A stretch of 64,000 nt of DNA from an archaeon (lineage in GTDB: Archaea > Asgardarchaeota > Thorarchaeia > Thorarchaeales > Thorarchaeaceae): positions 1-64,000 of the forward strand of contig JAJRWI010000050.1 of NCBI GenBank assembly GCA_024276825.1. Direction: 5' to 3'. Below, in pieces: positions 10,042-20,401 of the stretch (its first letter is position 1; each line of letters starts with the position of its first letter). The position numbers and the translations under genes were made by a program. The notes under the pieces are model-generated. The model searched no databases. It saw only the letters and a program-made list of their open reading frames with translations, and had not been told where the DNA came from.

Positions 10042-10995
10042 ATGACTGTGACAATAACGTCAATTAGGGTCACCAAAGAGGTTGAAGGTCAGACTTCTGG
10101 CTCACTCTTTTCAAGAATGGGTTTGATCTGGACAAGTATTCTCATGCTCTCCATTGGAGTGGTGCTACGAGTGATAGACATCTTCGTTCTTAATTTGGAT
10201 GTCTTATGGACAAACATCATTCTGAGCAAGGTATTGTCCCTACTCATTCTAGTAGGATTCTTTCTCAAGTTCAAACCAAATGGAGTCAGTTCAGTGTTGG
10301 GCCTTGACAGGAAAGACTTCCACCTTCAACTAACGATTGGAATAGTCGTTGGGATATCACTTTATCTGGCCACAATGGTATTGTCTACAGTACTCTACCA
10401 TTATTTTGTTGATCCAACTTTACCCTTGCAGTTTATTGTGCTGTTGTCCCCCGAGATGCTTGTCTATTTCTTCCTTTTTGCAGCAGTGAATGCAGTCTAT
10501 GAGGAAACCCTGTTCAGGGGACTTGTTCAAAACGCGTTCAGGGAGTGGAGAGGACCAGTGGTGGGAATTCTGATATCTGCAATTGCATTTGGAGTCTGGC
10601 ACATAATCTGGCCTATTCAAACATGGCTTGAGAATGGAGTCTTTCCAATGAGAACTGCCATGGTGATGGTAGTCTTTTCTGGAATAATGGGACTAGTATT
10701 TGGAGTGTACTATGAGAAGTTCTCTTGCAGGCGAACCCTGACTGGGACCATTGTGGCTCACACACTCATCAACTATCTAAATGAGGGGTTCAAGACGGTG
10801 ATTGGTACTTTTGGAGAGGGGCCAGACTTATCGTTTATTAATCCAGTTCATATGGCGATTGGACTTGTTATTGCACTATCTACATTCACTATTATGATTA
10901 TCTCGTTCTCAAGACTCAATATTGAACAAGTGCGCACTAGATTCAACAATGTCTTTGAAAACGCCAGTGAATTGATACATACAAAAAGAAAGTAA
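10042..10995 (+). CDS. CPBP (Abi/CAAX) family intramembrane metalloprotease
   Basis: EETLFRG, FGVWH, HTLIN motifs; start placed downstream of 9877 to avoid overlap with the divergent gene. Confidence 0.85.
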   Translation: MTVTITSIRVTKEVEGQTSGSLFSRMGLIWTSILMLSIGVVLRVIDIFVLNLDVLWTNIILSKVLSLLILVGFFLKFKPNGVSSVLGLDRKDFHLQLTIGIVVGISLYLATMVLSTVLYHYFVDPTLPLQFIVLLSPEMLVYFFLFAAVNAVYEETLFRGLVQNAFREWRGPVVGILISAIAFGVWHIIWPIQTWLENGVFPMRTAMVMVVFSGIMGLVFGVYYEKFSCRRTLTGTIVAHTLINYLNEGFKTVIGTFGEGPDLSFINPVHMAIGLVIALSTFTIMIISFSRLNIEQVRTRFNNVFENASELIHTKRK

Positions 10996-10999
10996 GAAA

Positions 11000-11116
11000 T
11001 GGTGCCGAGGATGGGATTCGAACCCACGAACTCCTACGAGAGCGGATTGCTCATCGGAGCACGGCGCATGTTTCAGATCTTGAGTCCGCCGCCGTTGACC
11101 ACTTGGCTACCTCGGC
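11000..11116 (-). tRNA. tRNA-Leu(CAA) with 31-nt intron at 37/38 (11048-11078)
   Basis: GCCGAGG acceptor, long variable arm, anticodon CAA, BHB helix CTCA/TGAG with bulges AGA and CAA, CCA encoded. Confidence 0.95.
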
Positions 11117-11191
11117 ACGGTCTAGGAGTGTGTCTGGTAAACTATATAGCCATTTCGAAAGTATGAGGAATAGGGGGGGAAAATAGCCACT

Positions 11192-11488
11192 CTATTCTGT
11201 AAGGTATGGTTTAATCTTATCATAGAACTCAATCAAGAGCTTAGTCTTCATGTCCTCATTCTCTAGAATAAACAGGCGAATCTGTTGTCCGACCTTTATC
11301 TCTTTTATAAGCCCCATGTCCACCAGAGGTTGCATGACACGATGAATGGTTGAGTGGGCAAGGCCGGTTTCTTTTGCAATTCTGCTCAGATTGAAGAACT
11401 CCTTGGGACGATCAAGAAAGTGTTGAACAACTCTTGTCTGGGCTCGGGAAGCAAATATCTTTTCCACCAGTTTTTCCATATTCAACAA
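11192..11488 (-). CDS. Winged-HTH domain protein
   Basis: FNLSRIAKETGLAHSTIHRVMQPLVDMGLI HTH. Confidence 0.8.
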   Translation of the reverse strand: MLNMEKLVEKIFASRAQTRVVQHFLDRPKEFFNLSRIAKETGLAHSTIHRVMQPLVDMGLIKEIKVGQQIRLFILENEDMKTKLLIEFYDKIKPYLTE

Positions 11489-11494
11489 CCTCTC

Positions 11495-12193
11495 TTATTC
11501 GTCCTCAATATCATGCACTATTTGACTTCCTATCTTCTCTCCCTCGAAGAGGCGCAATAGATTGTTAGGACTCGTACCGTCAAAGATCACTGTATGTATA
11601 CGCGAGCGTTCAACAACTCTTATGGCGACAGGATCGAACAACTTGTACTCGCCTGCTCTTGTGCCACCGCTGGAGAGGATGGTCCTCAAATGATCAATCG
11701 TCACTATATGAAGTCTTTTTGCACCAGGTAATTTGGGGTCCTTGTCATATACTCCATCAACATTTGTCGCATTAAACAAATGCCTTGCATTAATTGTTTC
11801 CGCTGCGACTGCAGCAACCGCATTTGTTGACTGTGCAGGGATGAGTCCTCCCATGAGAACTATTTTTCCCAGTCTAAATGCAACTTCCAACTCATCCAAT
11901 GTTTCTACGATCTTGGGATATGCGACATCTCCCAGTGCAGCACATAACAGTTCGGCATTATGACGCGCCATTTTGATTCCCAACCAGTCGCATTGAGCCT
12001 CACTGGCACCAAGCTGCCGTGCTGCTGCAATAAAGGTTCTTGCAGGTCGCCCGCCGCCCACGACTACCACTAATTGATGCCCCATCTCAAAAATCTGTGT
12101 CAGGATCCTTGAATACTCTTGAACTCGTTCAATTATGACCTGACCAGATTGATCATATAGCAATGAGCCACCAATCTTGATCACAGCTCGCAA
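11495..12193 (-). CDS. pyrH: UMP kinase (archaeal type)
   Basis: VIKIGGS, VVVGGG, QSTNAVAA, TNVDGVYDKDP. Confidence 0.93.
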   Translation of the reverse strand: MRAVIKIGGSLLYDQSGQVIIERVQEYSRILTQIFEMGHQLVVVVGGGRPARTFIAAARQLGASEAQCDWLGIKMARHNAELLCAALGDVAYPKIVETLDELEVAFRLGKIVLMGGLIPAQSTNAVAAVAAETINARHLFNATNVDGVYDKDPKLPGAKRLHIVTIDHLRTILSSGGTRAGEYKLFDPVAIRVVERSRIHTVIFDGTSPNNLLRLFEGEKIGSQIVHDIEDE

Positions 12194-12419
12194 ACTTGAG
12201 TCAACCTCTTCGTTAATTTAGAATCATTACTCATCTCAATGCGCTTGTTAAATAAGATTCTTTGGATGAACAATTCTTTCGATATTTTGGAATAAATTCA
12301 AAACATCATTTCCTATAAGCAGAATGGTTTAGACTAACACCATTGTTTAATAACAACCATAACTCAATTTAGTTTATAAGGTGCCATGAAAATTACTGCT
12401 GGTAACGAGGTATTATACA

Positions 12420-13271
12420 ATGAAAATGATGACCTCGGCATTGATGATAATGACCGTGATAATGCTGTTTTCTGGAATTGTGATAACTCCTGTGAGAGCA
12501 AGTATTGTTGGTAACACCTACACTTTTGCAGCCAACTGGCTCACTGAAACAGTCCAACAAGACAACGGGGTCGTGTATTCGTCATCTGTCGATGGTCAAT
12601 TTGCCATCACCATAATAAATACCACTGAGATTGGCGGGGATGATGCATACCTTTACAATTACCGTGGATTCATGCTTTTTGGTGGAGCCAAAACCTATAC
12701 TGATGCAAATGATACTGTGACATTCATTAATCAAAAGGTCTATTTTGTCGTGACCACCACCGACTCGGACCATGATAATCGATCTGAATCAGTATCATTA
12801 CAGATGTTTCCTCAGACAAGCTTGGTTCACCCAGGAAGAGAGTTCTTTGTGAATCCAATATGGTCCACTCATACATCAGATTGGAACACTGCTGTTGACA
12901 ACCTTGAAGACAATCCCTTGATTGATGATATAATCGAGTCTGCTGGCGAAGGAACATTTCAATTACAGTTTAAGGTTGAAATTGAAAGCATTGATCCTAA
13001 CCTTGGCGAGATGAATGGCACTGCAACATTCAAATTTCTGATTTCTTTCGATGATGATGGAATCTTGATGAGCTTTGAACGAACAATAACAGTATCCATG
13101 CATAATGAAAATCACACACTTGAACATTCTATGTTGACAAAAATAACTAGGGCCTCAGGAATTGCATCTCCTGGTTTCGGGATTGATATTGGAATGCCTC
13201 TTGTCTATATTGGTGCAGCATCAATTGTAGGTCTTGTAATAGGTCTGGGAATTGGCAAGAAGTACTTTTGA
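12420..13271 (+). CDS. Secreted, C-terminally membrane-anchored surface protein
   Basis: Signal peptide, acidic beta-rich body with NxT/S sequons, C-terminal TM plus KK. Confidence 0.75.
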   Translation: MKMMTSALMIMTVIMLFSGIVITPVRASIVGNTYTFAANWLTETVQQDNGVVYSSSVDGQFAITIINTTEIGGDDAYLYNYRGFMLFGGAKTYTDANDTVTFINQKVYFVVTTTDSDHDNRSESVSLQMFPQTSLVHPGREFFVNPIWSTHTSDWNTAVDNLEDNPLIDDIIESAGEGTFQLQFKVEIESIDPNLGEMNGTATFKFLISFDDDGILMSFERTITVSMHNENHTLEHSMLTKITRASGIASPGFGIDIGMPLVYIGAASIVGLVIGLGIGKKYF

Positions 13272-13295
13272 TAAACCTCATTGGCCATGAGATGA

Positions 13296-13317
13296 ATGGG
13301 CAAGGCGACTTGTCCAT
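13296..13317 (+). terminator. GNRA-capped hairpin after the surface-protein gene
   Basis: ATGGGCAAG-GCGA-CTTGTCCAT followed by a T-rich tract. Confidence 0.45.
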
Positions 13318-13375
13318 AATCCTTTTAGGAGAACTGTATTCTTCGAAACGCGTTCAGGCCTAAATGGTCTGACCC

Positions 13376-15871
13376 TTGCTGACATCAAGGAGACTGATCC
13401 TTTTGTCGAAGAAGTTCAAACCAGTAATCACATCAAAGAGATGGAAACCCGAAGCCGAAGAGGAACTCATTGAGCTCTGGGCAAAAGAGAGCACCTACGA
13501 GTTCGATCCGAACACCAAGAAAGAGATCTATACGATTGACACTCCTCCCCCGTATCTATCTGGACCCATGCATGTTGGACAAGTCATTCATTACACCCAG
13601 ATTGACGAGATTGCAAGATATCGCAGAATGCAGGGCCGGGAGGTCAACTTTCCGCTAGGAATCGATCGTAATGGTCTTCCAGTAGAGGTGCGTGTGGAGA
13701 AGGAACTTGGAATCAACATGCACGAAGTCCCTCGTGAGGAGTTCATTCAGAAGTGCAAGACACGTCTTGATGAAGACGAAAAGATTGCGCTAGCTGGATT
13801 CAAGAGGCTCGGTATTGCATTCAACACGTACGAGGATGAGGGAAGCTACCGCACAGACAGCCCAGAGTACAGGGCAATCACTCAAGCAACTTTCATAGAC
13901 ATCTGGAACAAGGGCCTAGTCTACAGTGACTATCGCCCTAACAACTGGTGCTTTGAATGTGGAACTACCATTGCAGATGCAGAGGTTGAATACAAGGAGC
14001 GCCCCACCACGCTCAACTATCTTTACTTTCAAGTAGATGGCATGGAGCCAATCAAGATTGCGACCACAAGGCCTGAACTGCTGTGCGCCTGCGGTGCTGT
14101 GTTCATCCATCCCGATGATGAACGATATCGTGGATACGCAGGCAAGAAAGCAAAGGTGCCGCTGTTTAATCTCAAGGTGCCAATTATTGAGAGTTCCTCC
14201 GCACAAATGGAATTTGGTACAGGTGCCTTGATGGTCTGTAGTTATGGTGATCAAGCAGACGTCATGGCGTTTCGAAATTATGCATTGAAACCCGTGGCAG
14301 CAATCTCCCCAGATGGGACCATGACAGAGGCTGCAGGTAAATATGCAGGATTACCAATCAAAGAGGCCCGTGAGAAGATAATTGAGGACTTAAAGAAAGA
14401 GGGTCTCTTGTACAAGCAGGAACCAACAATGCAAAGGGTTCCCATGTGCTGGCGAAGCCGCACACCCATTGAGTTCATTGCAATGGACGAATACTATGTG
14501 AAACAGGTTGAATTCATTGACGAGATCCGTAAGATTTCAGATGAGATCACTTTCTTCCCAGCACATCACAAACAGATGCTGATTGACTGGTTGAACAGAG
14601 TGTCTGTTGACTGGCCAATCAGCAGAAGGAGATACTACGGAACTGAGATTCCCTTATGGTATTGCAATGCCTGCGGGGAAGCAGTGGTCCCGCCTCAAGA
14701 TGAGATTCGATACTACAGGCCTTGGTGTGAGGACCCGCCTTTTAAGAAATGTCCCAAGTGTGGTGCAGAAGAGGGCTTCAGAGGAGAGGAGCGGACCTTT
14801 GACACATGGATGGACTCATCAATATCGGGGTTGCAGGCAATAAAGTATCTCCGGGATGACAGACTCTTCAAGAAGGCATTTGGAAATGTCTTGCGACCCC
14901 AAGGCAAGGACATTGTCAGGACTTGGTTGTATTACTCCCTTCTGAGAACCTACCAACTCACTGGAAAACCTGCTTTCAAAGAGGTATGGATTTCTGGCCA
15001 CGTGGTAGATGAGAAGGGCGAGGCGATGAGCAAATCGAAGGGCAATTCCCCTCCACCAATGCCATTTGTGAAGAAGTACGGGGCTGATGCCATGCGATTG
15101 TTTGGCGTACTGGAGGCAGGTCTCGGCAGCGACATCAGATTTTCTGAAGAGCGCCTTGCTGGAGTATCAAAATTCATGACAAAGATCTGGAATATTGCAA
15201 GATTCATCTCAATGTTTCCAATACCCGAACCGATTAAGTTCAAGAATCTGACACCAGTGGATCAATGGATCTTGGCAGAGGTTAACAAACTAGTTGGGGG
15301 TGTACTTCCTGAATGCGAACTCCTTGACTTCCACAAGCCCGCTATAATGATTCGTGGGTTCGCATGGAGCTTCTTTGCAGATCACGTTCTTGAAATGATC
15401 AAAGGTCGAAGCTTCAATACTGACGGTTTCTTCAGCGAGAATGAACAACAGTCTGCATGGTTTGCATTGCATGAAACCCTAAAGATAATCCTCAAACTGC
15501 TTGCCCCCATTACGCCATTCATCACCGACAAGATTTACAGAGAACTGTATAACAAGAATGGAATTCATCGTGAGCAATATCCTACACCACAAAAAGAGTG
15601 GGGGTCAGATCTTACGGAATATACACAGCTAGTACTTCAGGTCAATGGTGGATTCTGGAAGTTTAAACGTGAGAACGGCCTCTCGCTTCGTCAGGGGCTT
15701 CCCGCAGCATACATTCCCGAAGAACTACAGCCATGGGCCAAGGACCTGAAGGCAATGCATGGGATTGAAGAGCTGTTCTTTGGACAGCCAAAAGAGAGCG
15801 GGTTTGTTGAAGTTTCCTTGGCAGATTCTGACAGGGTAATCCACATACTTCCTCCTGAAAAAGAAGAATAG
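13376..15871 (+). CDS. valS: Valine--tRNA ligase (archaeal type)
   Basis: DTPPPY, HVGQ (HIGH), ISRRRYYG, DTWMDSS, AMSKSKGN; probable start TTG 13403. Confidence 0.95.
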   Translation: MLTSRRLILLSKKFKPVITSKRWKPEAEEELIELWAKESTYEFDPNTKKEIYTIDTPPPYLSGPMHVGQVIHYTQIDEIARYRRMQGREVNFPLGIDRNGLPVEVRVEKELGINMHEVPREEFIQKCKTRLDEDEKIALAGFKRLGIAFNTYEDEGSYRTDSPEYRAITQATFIDIWNKGLVYSDYRPNNWCFECGTTIADAEVEYKERPTTLNYLYFQVDGMEPIKIATTRPELLCACGAVFIHPDDERYRGYAGKKAKVPLFNLKVPIIESSSAQMEFGTGALMVCSYGDQADVMAFRNYALKPVAAISPDGTMTEAAGKYAGLPIKEAREKIIEDLKKEGLLYKQEPTMQRVPMCWRSRTPIEFIAMDEYYVKQVEFIDEIRKISDEITFFPAHHKQMLIDWLNRVSVDWPISRRRYYGTEIPLWYCNACGEAVVPPQDEIRYYRPWCEDPPFKKCPKCGAEEGFRGEERTFDTWMDSSISGLQAIKYLRDDRLFKKAFGNVLRPQGKDIVRTWLYYSLLRTYQLTGKPAFKEVWISGHVVDEKGEAMSKSKGNSPPPMPFVKKYGADAMRLFGVLEAGLGSDIRFSEERLAGVSKFMTKIWNIARFISMFPIPEPIKFKNLTPVDQWILAEVNKLVGGVLPECELLDFHKPAIMIRGFAWSFFADHVLEMIKGRSFNTDGFFSENEQQSAWFALHETLKIILKLLAPITPFITDKIYRELYNKNGIHREQYPTPQKEWGSDLTEYTQLVLQVNGGFWKFKRENGLSLRQGLPAAYIPEELQPWAKDLKAMHGIEELFFGQPKESGFVEVSLADSDRVIHILPPEKEE

Positions 15872-15872
15872 A

Positions 15873-16307
15873 TCACTCTACCACCACAGAGTCCTCATGA
15901 TCAACTGTGCACTTCATACTGTTGGCCACTAGACAGTATTTACCTGCCAACTCGAGTGCACGTTCCACTTTTGGTATGAGCTCTTCGGATTCAACCCCAA
16001 CTTTGGCCTTTAGAAGAATCTTGGTGAATTGGAACCCCTTCTCAACTCGTTCAAGTGTACCGATTCCCTCACAGGTGAATGACTTGAATTCAAAGCGCAT
16101 TTTCTTACTAAAAGTCACGAATGTCGTCATATGACATGCCACAACAGACGCAACAAAGAGATCCTCAGGAGAGATAATACCCTCTGGACCTCCAAACTCT
16201 GGTGGGGTCGCGACTTGGACCTTGGGTTTTCCCTCAACAATCAGATTACCAACTCTGTCTTGCGTCCAATCTACCCTGATGTGATAGTTGTGTGACTCTT
16301 CGCTCAA
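15873..16307 (-). CDS. OsmC family protein
   Basis: PPEFGG, SPEDLFVASVVAC, KYCLVANS. Confidence 0.9.
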   Translation of the reverse strand: MSEESHNYHIRVDWTQDRVGNLIVEGKPKVQVATPPEFGGPEGIISPEDLFVASVVACHMTTFVTFSKKMRFEFKSFTCEGIGTLERVEKGFQFTKILLKAKVGVESEELIPKVERALELAGKYCLVANSMKCTVDHEDSVVVE

Positions 16308-16355
16308 TGATAAACACCTGTACTAATGACATAGATTGCTCCCATTTTTCAATGT

Positions 16356-16811
16356 TTAGCTCTGACTTGTGTCGACAATGATTTCATCCTCATGAATGAC
16401 AGGACATTTTAGACTATTTGCCACAAAGCAGTACTTTGCACCAAGTTCAAATGCACGTTCAATCTTTGGCCTAAGTGCTTTATCATGAATGACAACCCGT
16501 GATCTCTGGACTATCTTCGTGATCTCAAAACTTCTGCCTACTTTGTCAAGAGTGCCAACCGCTTCACACTCAAATGATTTGAACTCTATGCGCATCCTCT
16601 TTGTGAAATAGATGAACGAGTTCATGAAGCACACTGTGGTCGCAGCGACCACAAGGTCTTCTGGTGTAAACAGGTCTGGCTCGTTATTGAACCCCTTGGG
16701 TTTTACTACACGGATAGTTGGCTTTCCTTTCACTAGGGCCTTTCCCCCTTCAATGGGGTCCCAGACTACTCTCACTTCGAAATCTCTACTCTCGTCGCTC
16801 ATCTTCATCAC
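16356..16811 (-). CDS. OsmC family protein (tandem paralog)
   Basis: TPEDLVVAATTVC, KYCFVANS. Confidence 0.88.
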   Translation of the reverse strand: MMKMSDESRDFEVRVVWDPIEGGKALVKGKPTIRVVKPKGFNNEPDLFTPEDLVVAATTVCFMNSFIYFTKRMRIEFKSFECEAVGTLDKVGRSFEITKIVQRSRVVIHDKALRPKIERAFELGAKYCFVANSLKCPVIHEDEIIVDTSQS

Positions 16812-16946
16812 AATGTCATGGCATGGGATCAGAAAAAGAGTTTAGGTATGACTCAAAAGAGACAATGTAAATAACTGCTTGTGGATAATGCAGTATCAGT
16901 TGCTGAATAATAGCACATAATATCTCCCTCGGAGGCCTTTTCTTTA

Positions 16947-19028
16947 ATGATAAGACTGATTGGTGTCCTCTCTGCTGGCGGTGTCCCTATTGACATCAAG
17001 AGTGACATTAATACAAGAGGAGATGTTTTACTTGGAGCTCTTGTAGAAGCCACCAAGTCTCTCAGTCTAGCAATGGGATCGGGTGAAGTGAAGAAGCTCG
17101 ACTTTAATGAGAAAAAGCTGATTGTCACAGAGAGTAAAAAGGGATATACAATTGTTGCATTGGTTGAACGAGCAGAAGACTATATTGACACGCTTGTTAG
17201 AATTATTGCATCAGAAATTGACGCATCAGAAATTCCCGTTGCCGATGGTACTGTAAATGAGTATCATGAGAGCATTGTACGGAGGATCTTGAGTATATTT
17301 GTGAAACATGAGATGAGTGTCAAGATTACCAGTATATTCGATAAAGTCTGGAAACCGATTGAGAGGCAATTTCAGAAGTTCGATTTACCTACCAGCACAA
17401 TCCCTAATGATGCCCAGATGGATGCCTTTTGGAACAGACTTAAGGCTGAAGTGGAGCATGGTATTCAAAATGCACTGATTCATGCTAGAGATGGTGATTT
17501 TGACAGAGCCTGCGCAGCAAGCATAGGCTCCCATTCGGAGATTGAGAAGATATTCTGCATCAAGATGGGTGCACTTGCTCTCTCTATGACCAAAGCAGTA
17601 GCACCTAATGTTGATGAGCTGGACTCTTTGGCTGACACGTTGTCTAAAGACAGTCCCTTCTCCCAGTTTGCCGTGGCAATTGTAAAGAGAATCAAAGGTG
17701 AGATTGCAGGACTTGATTACTCTCGTGCTCTAAAACGTACAATTGACAGTTTTCATGTCAATGACGAGGACAGACTGCTGTTGTCCTTCCTATTCATGGA
17801 TACCAGTATTGATAGTCACCCAGAGTTCGCCAGGATGATTGCTAAATATATGCAGGATGAAGGGTTTGAGATAGTTGCAAATTATATAATTGCAATTCTT
17901 GATCGCAGTGCACTTTTCAAGAAGATATACTCAATCACATCCTATAGTGATTTTCGGGATGAGCTGGGTGTCTGGAAGCATCAGATCAAAGAGGTTCTTG
18001 AGGGCCTAGATAAAATCCTGAAGTATCGGCGTCTGAGAAAACTACTAAAACGTAGGGAAGCTAATGAGAAGGGACAGATTGGGGCCATGAAACTCCAGAA
18101 CTATATCACTCTGCTCACTGCAATGGCCGAGTCTCCTGTGCTAACAATCCGAGAACTAAAAGAGGTACTGGAAGAAGTGTTGGACCTTTACAATAGATAC
18201 TTCCAGAAACTGCTTGAAACCGATGTCCCACTTTTTGCTTATACTGTTGACAGTGTGTTTCAGAGCCTAGGTGTTGTTAATGCTGAATATTTCCACTTGG
18301 TCACTGGTGAAGAGCGTCATGAACACGTCAAGAGGATGAGAGACTTTCTCAGGGGCATGCTGAGTGTGATCAATGAAGAGGGCGGAAAGCGACATCTCTC
18401 ATTTGCTGCATTTGTGGTTTCCAATGTTCTATTTCCTGCATTCTCAATGGTCAATGAGTCGTATGATGAGGAGTTTCTCCTAGTTCAAAATGTGATGCGT
18501 GCATTAGACCCTATGAAAGAAGAGAGCCAAATGGTCCTTCGCCCATTGGGGTATGCAACAACTCTCGGAAACATGTCCTCCACACTAGCAGCACTAGTTC
18601 CTCGGATTCTGTCTGGCGATGAACGAATAAGATCAATGAGAGTCCTACTAAATGCTCTCTCAGAAGTCCATACGTTCTTTCTCTCACACGGAATGGTCTG
18701 CCGTGATGACCTGATATCATTTACATTTCATATCGCACAGGCAGTTGATGATCTATCAGATAATGAGCTGAGGGATTTTCTTAGAATTGCGCTTGCATTA
18801 AATAAGATAGCTGTCCAAGACCCAATAAAGTATGATTATGAAATTGCAATGATGGGCAGCCCATTGATTGACCTCCTTCTAAGAAGCTGGAGGCGATTGG
18901 GAGTTCCCAAGCTACTCTCCCAAGCCATCAATACACTCGAAATTGCAATATCTGCATGGAGAAAATACGGTTTTGAGGAGAAGGCAAAAGAGCTTGAAGG
19001 AATCCTTCAAATCACAAAAGCAATGTGA
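16947..19028 (+). CDS. N-terminal longin/roadblock-like domain fused to a long alpha-helical region
   Basis: IGVLSAGGVPI..LLGALVEATKSLS..GEVKKLDFNEKKLIV..YTIVALV resembles a longin fold; remainder all-helical. Confidence 0.6.
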   Translation: MIRLIGVLSAGGVPIDIKSDINTRGDVLLGALVEATKSLSLAMGSGEVKKLDFNEKKLIVTESKKGYTIVALVERAEDYIDTLVRIIASEIDASEIPVADGTVNEYHESIVRRILSIFVKHEMSVKITSIFDKVWKPIERQFQKFDLPTSTIPNDAQMDAFWNRLKAEVEHGIQNALIHARDGDFDRACAASIGSHSEIEKIFCIKMGALALSMTKAVAPNVDELDSLADTLSKDSPFSQFAVAIVKRIKGEIAGLDYSRALKRTIDSFHVNDEDRLLLSFLFMDTSIDSHPEFARMIAKYMQDEGFEIVANYIIAILDRSALFKKIYSITSYSDFRDELGVWKHQIKEVLEGLDKILKYRRLRKLLKRREANEKGQIGAMKLQNYITLLTAMAESPVLTIRELKEVLEEVLDLYNRYFQKLLETDVPLFAYTVDSVFQSLGVVNAEYFHLVTGEERHEHVKRMRDFLRGMLSVINEEGGKRHLSFAAFVVSNVLFPAFSMVNESYDEEFLLVQNVMRALDPMKEESQMVLRPLGYATTLGNMSSTLAALVPRILSGDERIRSMRVLLNALSEVHTFFLSHGMVCRDDLISFTFHIAQAVDDLSDNELRDFLRIALALNKIAVQDPIKYDYEIAMMGSPLIDLLLRSWRRLGVPKLLSQAINTLEIAISAWRKYGFEEKAKELEGILQITKAM

Positions 19029-19151
19029 CATGACTCGATGTTCATTTGAACCACATATTTCTTAATGCTGACCTAAAGTGTTTTAATATTGGTCACATAA
19101 TTTAAACAGACCTTGCCTGAAAGGTCATATCAACACAAGGGGAAAGATATC

Positions 19152-19529
19152 ATGTCAAAATGGATTCAAACTGCGGACTGGAAGAGTGAGAAGCATGTGC
19201 CAGTGATTGAGGTAGAGGCCAGGGGTGATAATGTATACCATGTACATGTGTCTGTGGGTAAGGAAATTCCTCACCCTAACACAACAGCTCATCACATCCG
19301 ATGGATCAACCTCTGGTTCTGGCCAGACGGTGAGAAGTTCCCACTAGAGATTGGTTATGCCACTTTCGATCATCATGGAGAGAGTCCTCAGGGCCCTGAT
19401 ACAAGTTCTATCTATTGCGAGCCCTCAACTCTCTTTGTGTTCAAGACCGAGAAATCTGGCACACTAATGGCCACTTCTTATTGCAACATTCATGGTCTCT
19501 GGAAGAGCGAAACAAAGTTGGCAGTCTAG
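19152..19529 (+). CDS. sor: Superoxide reductase (neelaredoxin, class II SOR)
   Basis: EKHVP, HPNTTAHHIRWI, YCNIHGLW iron ligands. Confidence 0.93.
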   Translation: MSKWIQTADWKSEKHVPVIEVEARGDNVYHVHVSVGKEIPHPNTTAHHIRWINLWFWPDGEKFPLEIGYATFDHHGESPQGPDTSSIYCEPSTLFVFKTEKSGTLMATSYCNIHGLWKSETKLAV

Positions 19530-19546
19530 AATTAATCTGTTGAATT

Positions 19547-19570
19547 ATGGCCTGTCAGATGACAGGCCAT
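19547..19570. terminator. Perfect 11-bp inverted repeat between convergent genes
   Basis: ATGGCCTGTCA-GA-TGACAGGCCAT. Confidence 0.55.
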
Positions 19571-19582
19571 TATATTTTCCTC

Positions 19583-20179
19583 TCAAGAGAGAACTATCCA
19601 ATTAATCAACTCGGCGATCATAGGATTCTCTCTCATGAATGCCTGACGATATTTCTTGTTCTTGAACTTGAAGAGCACATTTTGCACTCCTGCGTCAAAA
19701 CCAACTATGCCAAAGCTTCTCTGAAATGGGTTGGGACGAAATGCAAGTCTTGTGAGGGCCATAAACACAACAAACATCATAATCATGCCCACTACCCAAA
19801 ACGGAATTGGCTCATTATGCCATAGAGTCCCCCCCAAAACAAGGTATGCAAGAACTGTGGCAACAGCACACAATCCATCTGATATTAGGCATAATGTCTT
19901 GTATCTCCATTCGGTTTCGTCGAGATAATTATGATAGTCACATACTGGGACTGAGAACCTGACCATCTCATGGCTCCTAATGAAGGTCCTTCTTAGTCTT
20001 GGCACAATATATACCGGATCCCAAGATGCGCTCAAATATTGCTTGCGACCAGGAGTCACTGTGACCAGTGTGTCTGTTGTAGCTGGAGAACCACAGACCG
20101 GACACATCTTTGGAAATCTGATCCTCCCAATCTCTGCCCTTACAAGAGGTGTCTTGAAGTATTTCTTTTTTGGGCTCAC
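19583..20179 (-). CDS. Hypothetical membrane protein with putative Zn site
   Basis: CPVC...CDYH plus two TM helices. Confidence 0.7.
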   Translation of the reverse strand: MSPKKKYFKTPLVRAEIGRIRFPKMCPVCGSPATTDTLVTVTPGRKQYLSASWDPVYIVPRLRRTFIRSHEMVRFSVPVCDYHNYLDETEWRYKTLCLISDGLCAVATVLAYLVLGGTLWHNEPIPFWVVGMIMMFVVFMALTRLAFRPNPFQRSFGIVGFDAGVQNVLFKFKNKKYRQAFMRENPMIAELINWIVLS

Positions 20180-20401
20180 AAACTCACCTGACAGTATTAT
20201 TGCACATTCCTAAATATGAACTATATGAACAGCGCGAGTGAGTTGAAATGAATTCAAGTTCTCTTGTTTGTGCCGATGACTTTATCTTTGGGCTTGTCTG
20301 GCACAATGTTGAAGGCCACATCCGTAATGGTTATGATTCGGTATGTGAACCCCCCCACATGCTAACACAACCCCCCATTCAAGAACAGGAGACCCCACTC
20401 T

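Noticed and set aside
5904-11116. Region between two tRNAs considered as an integrated island
   Set aside because: No integrase, no duplicated tRNA 3' end seen, housekeeping-type content
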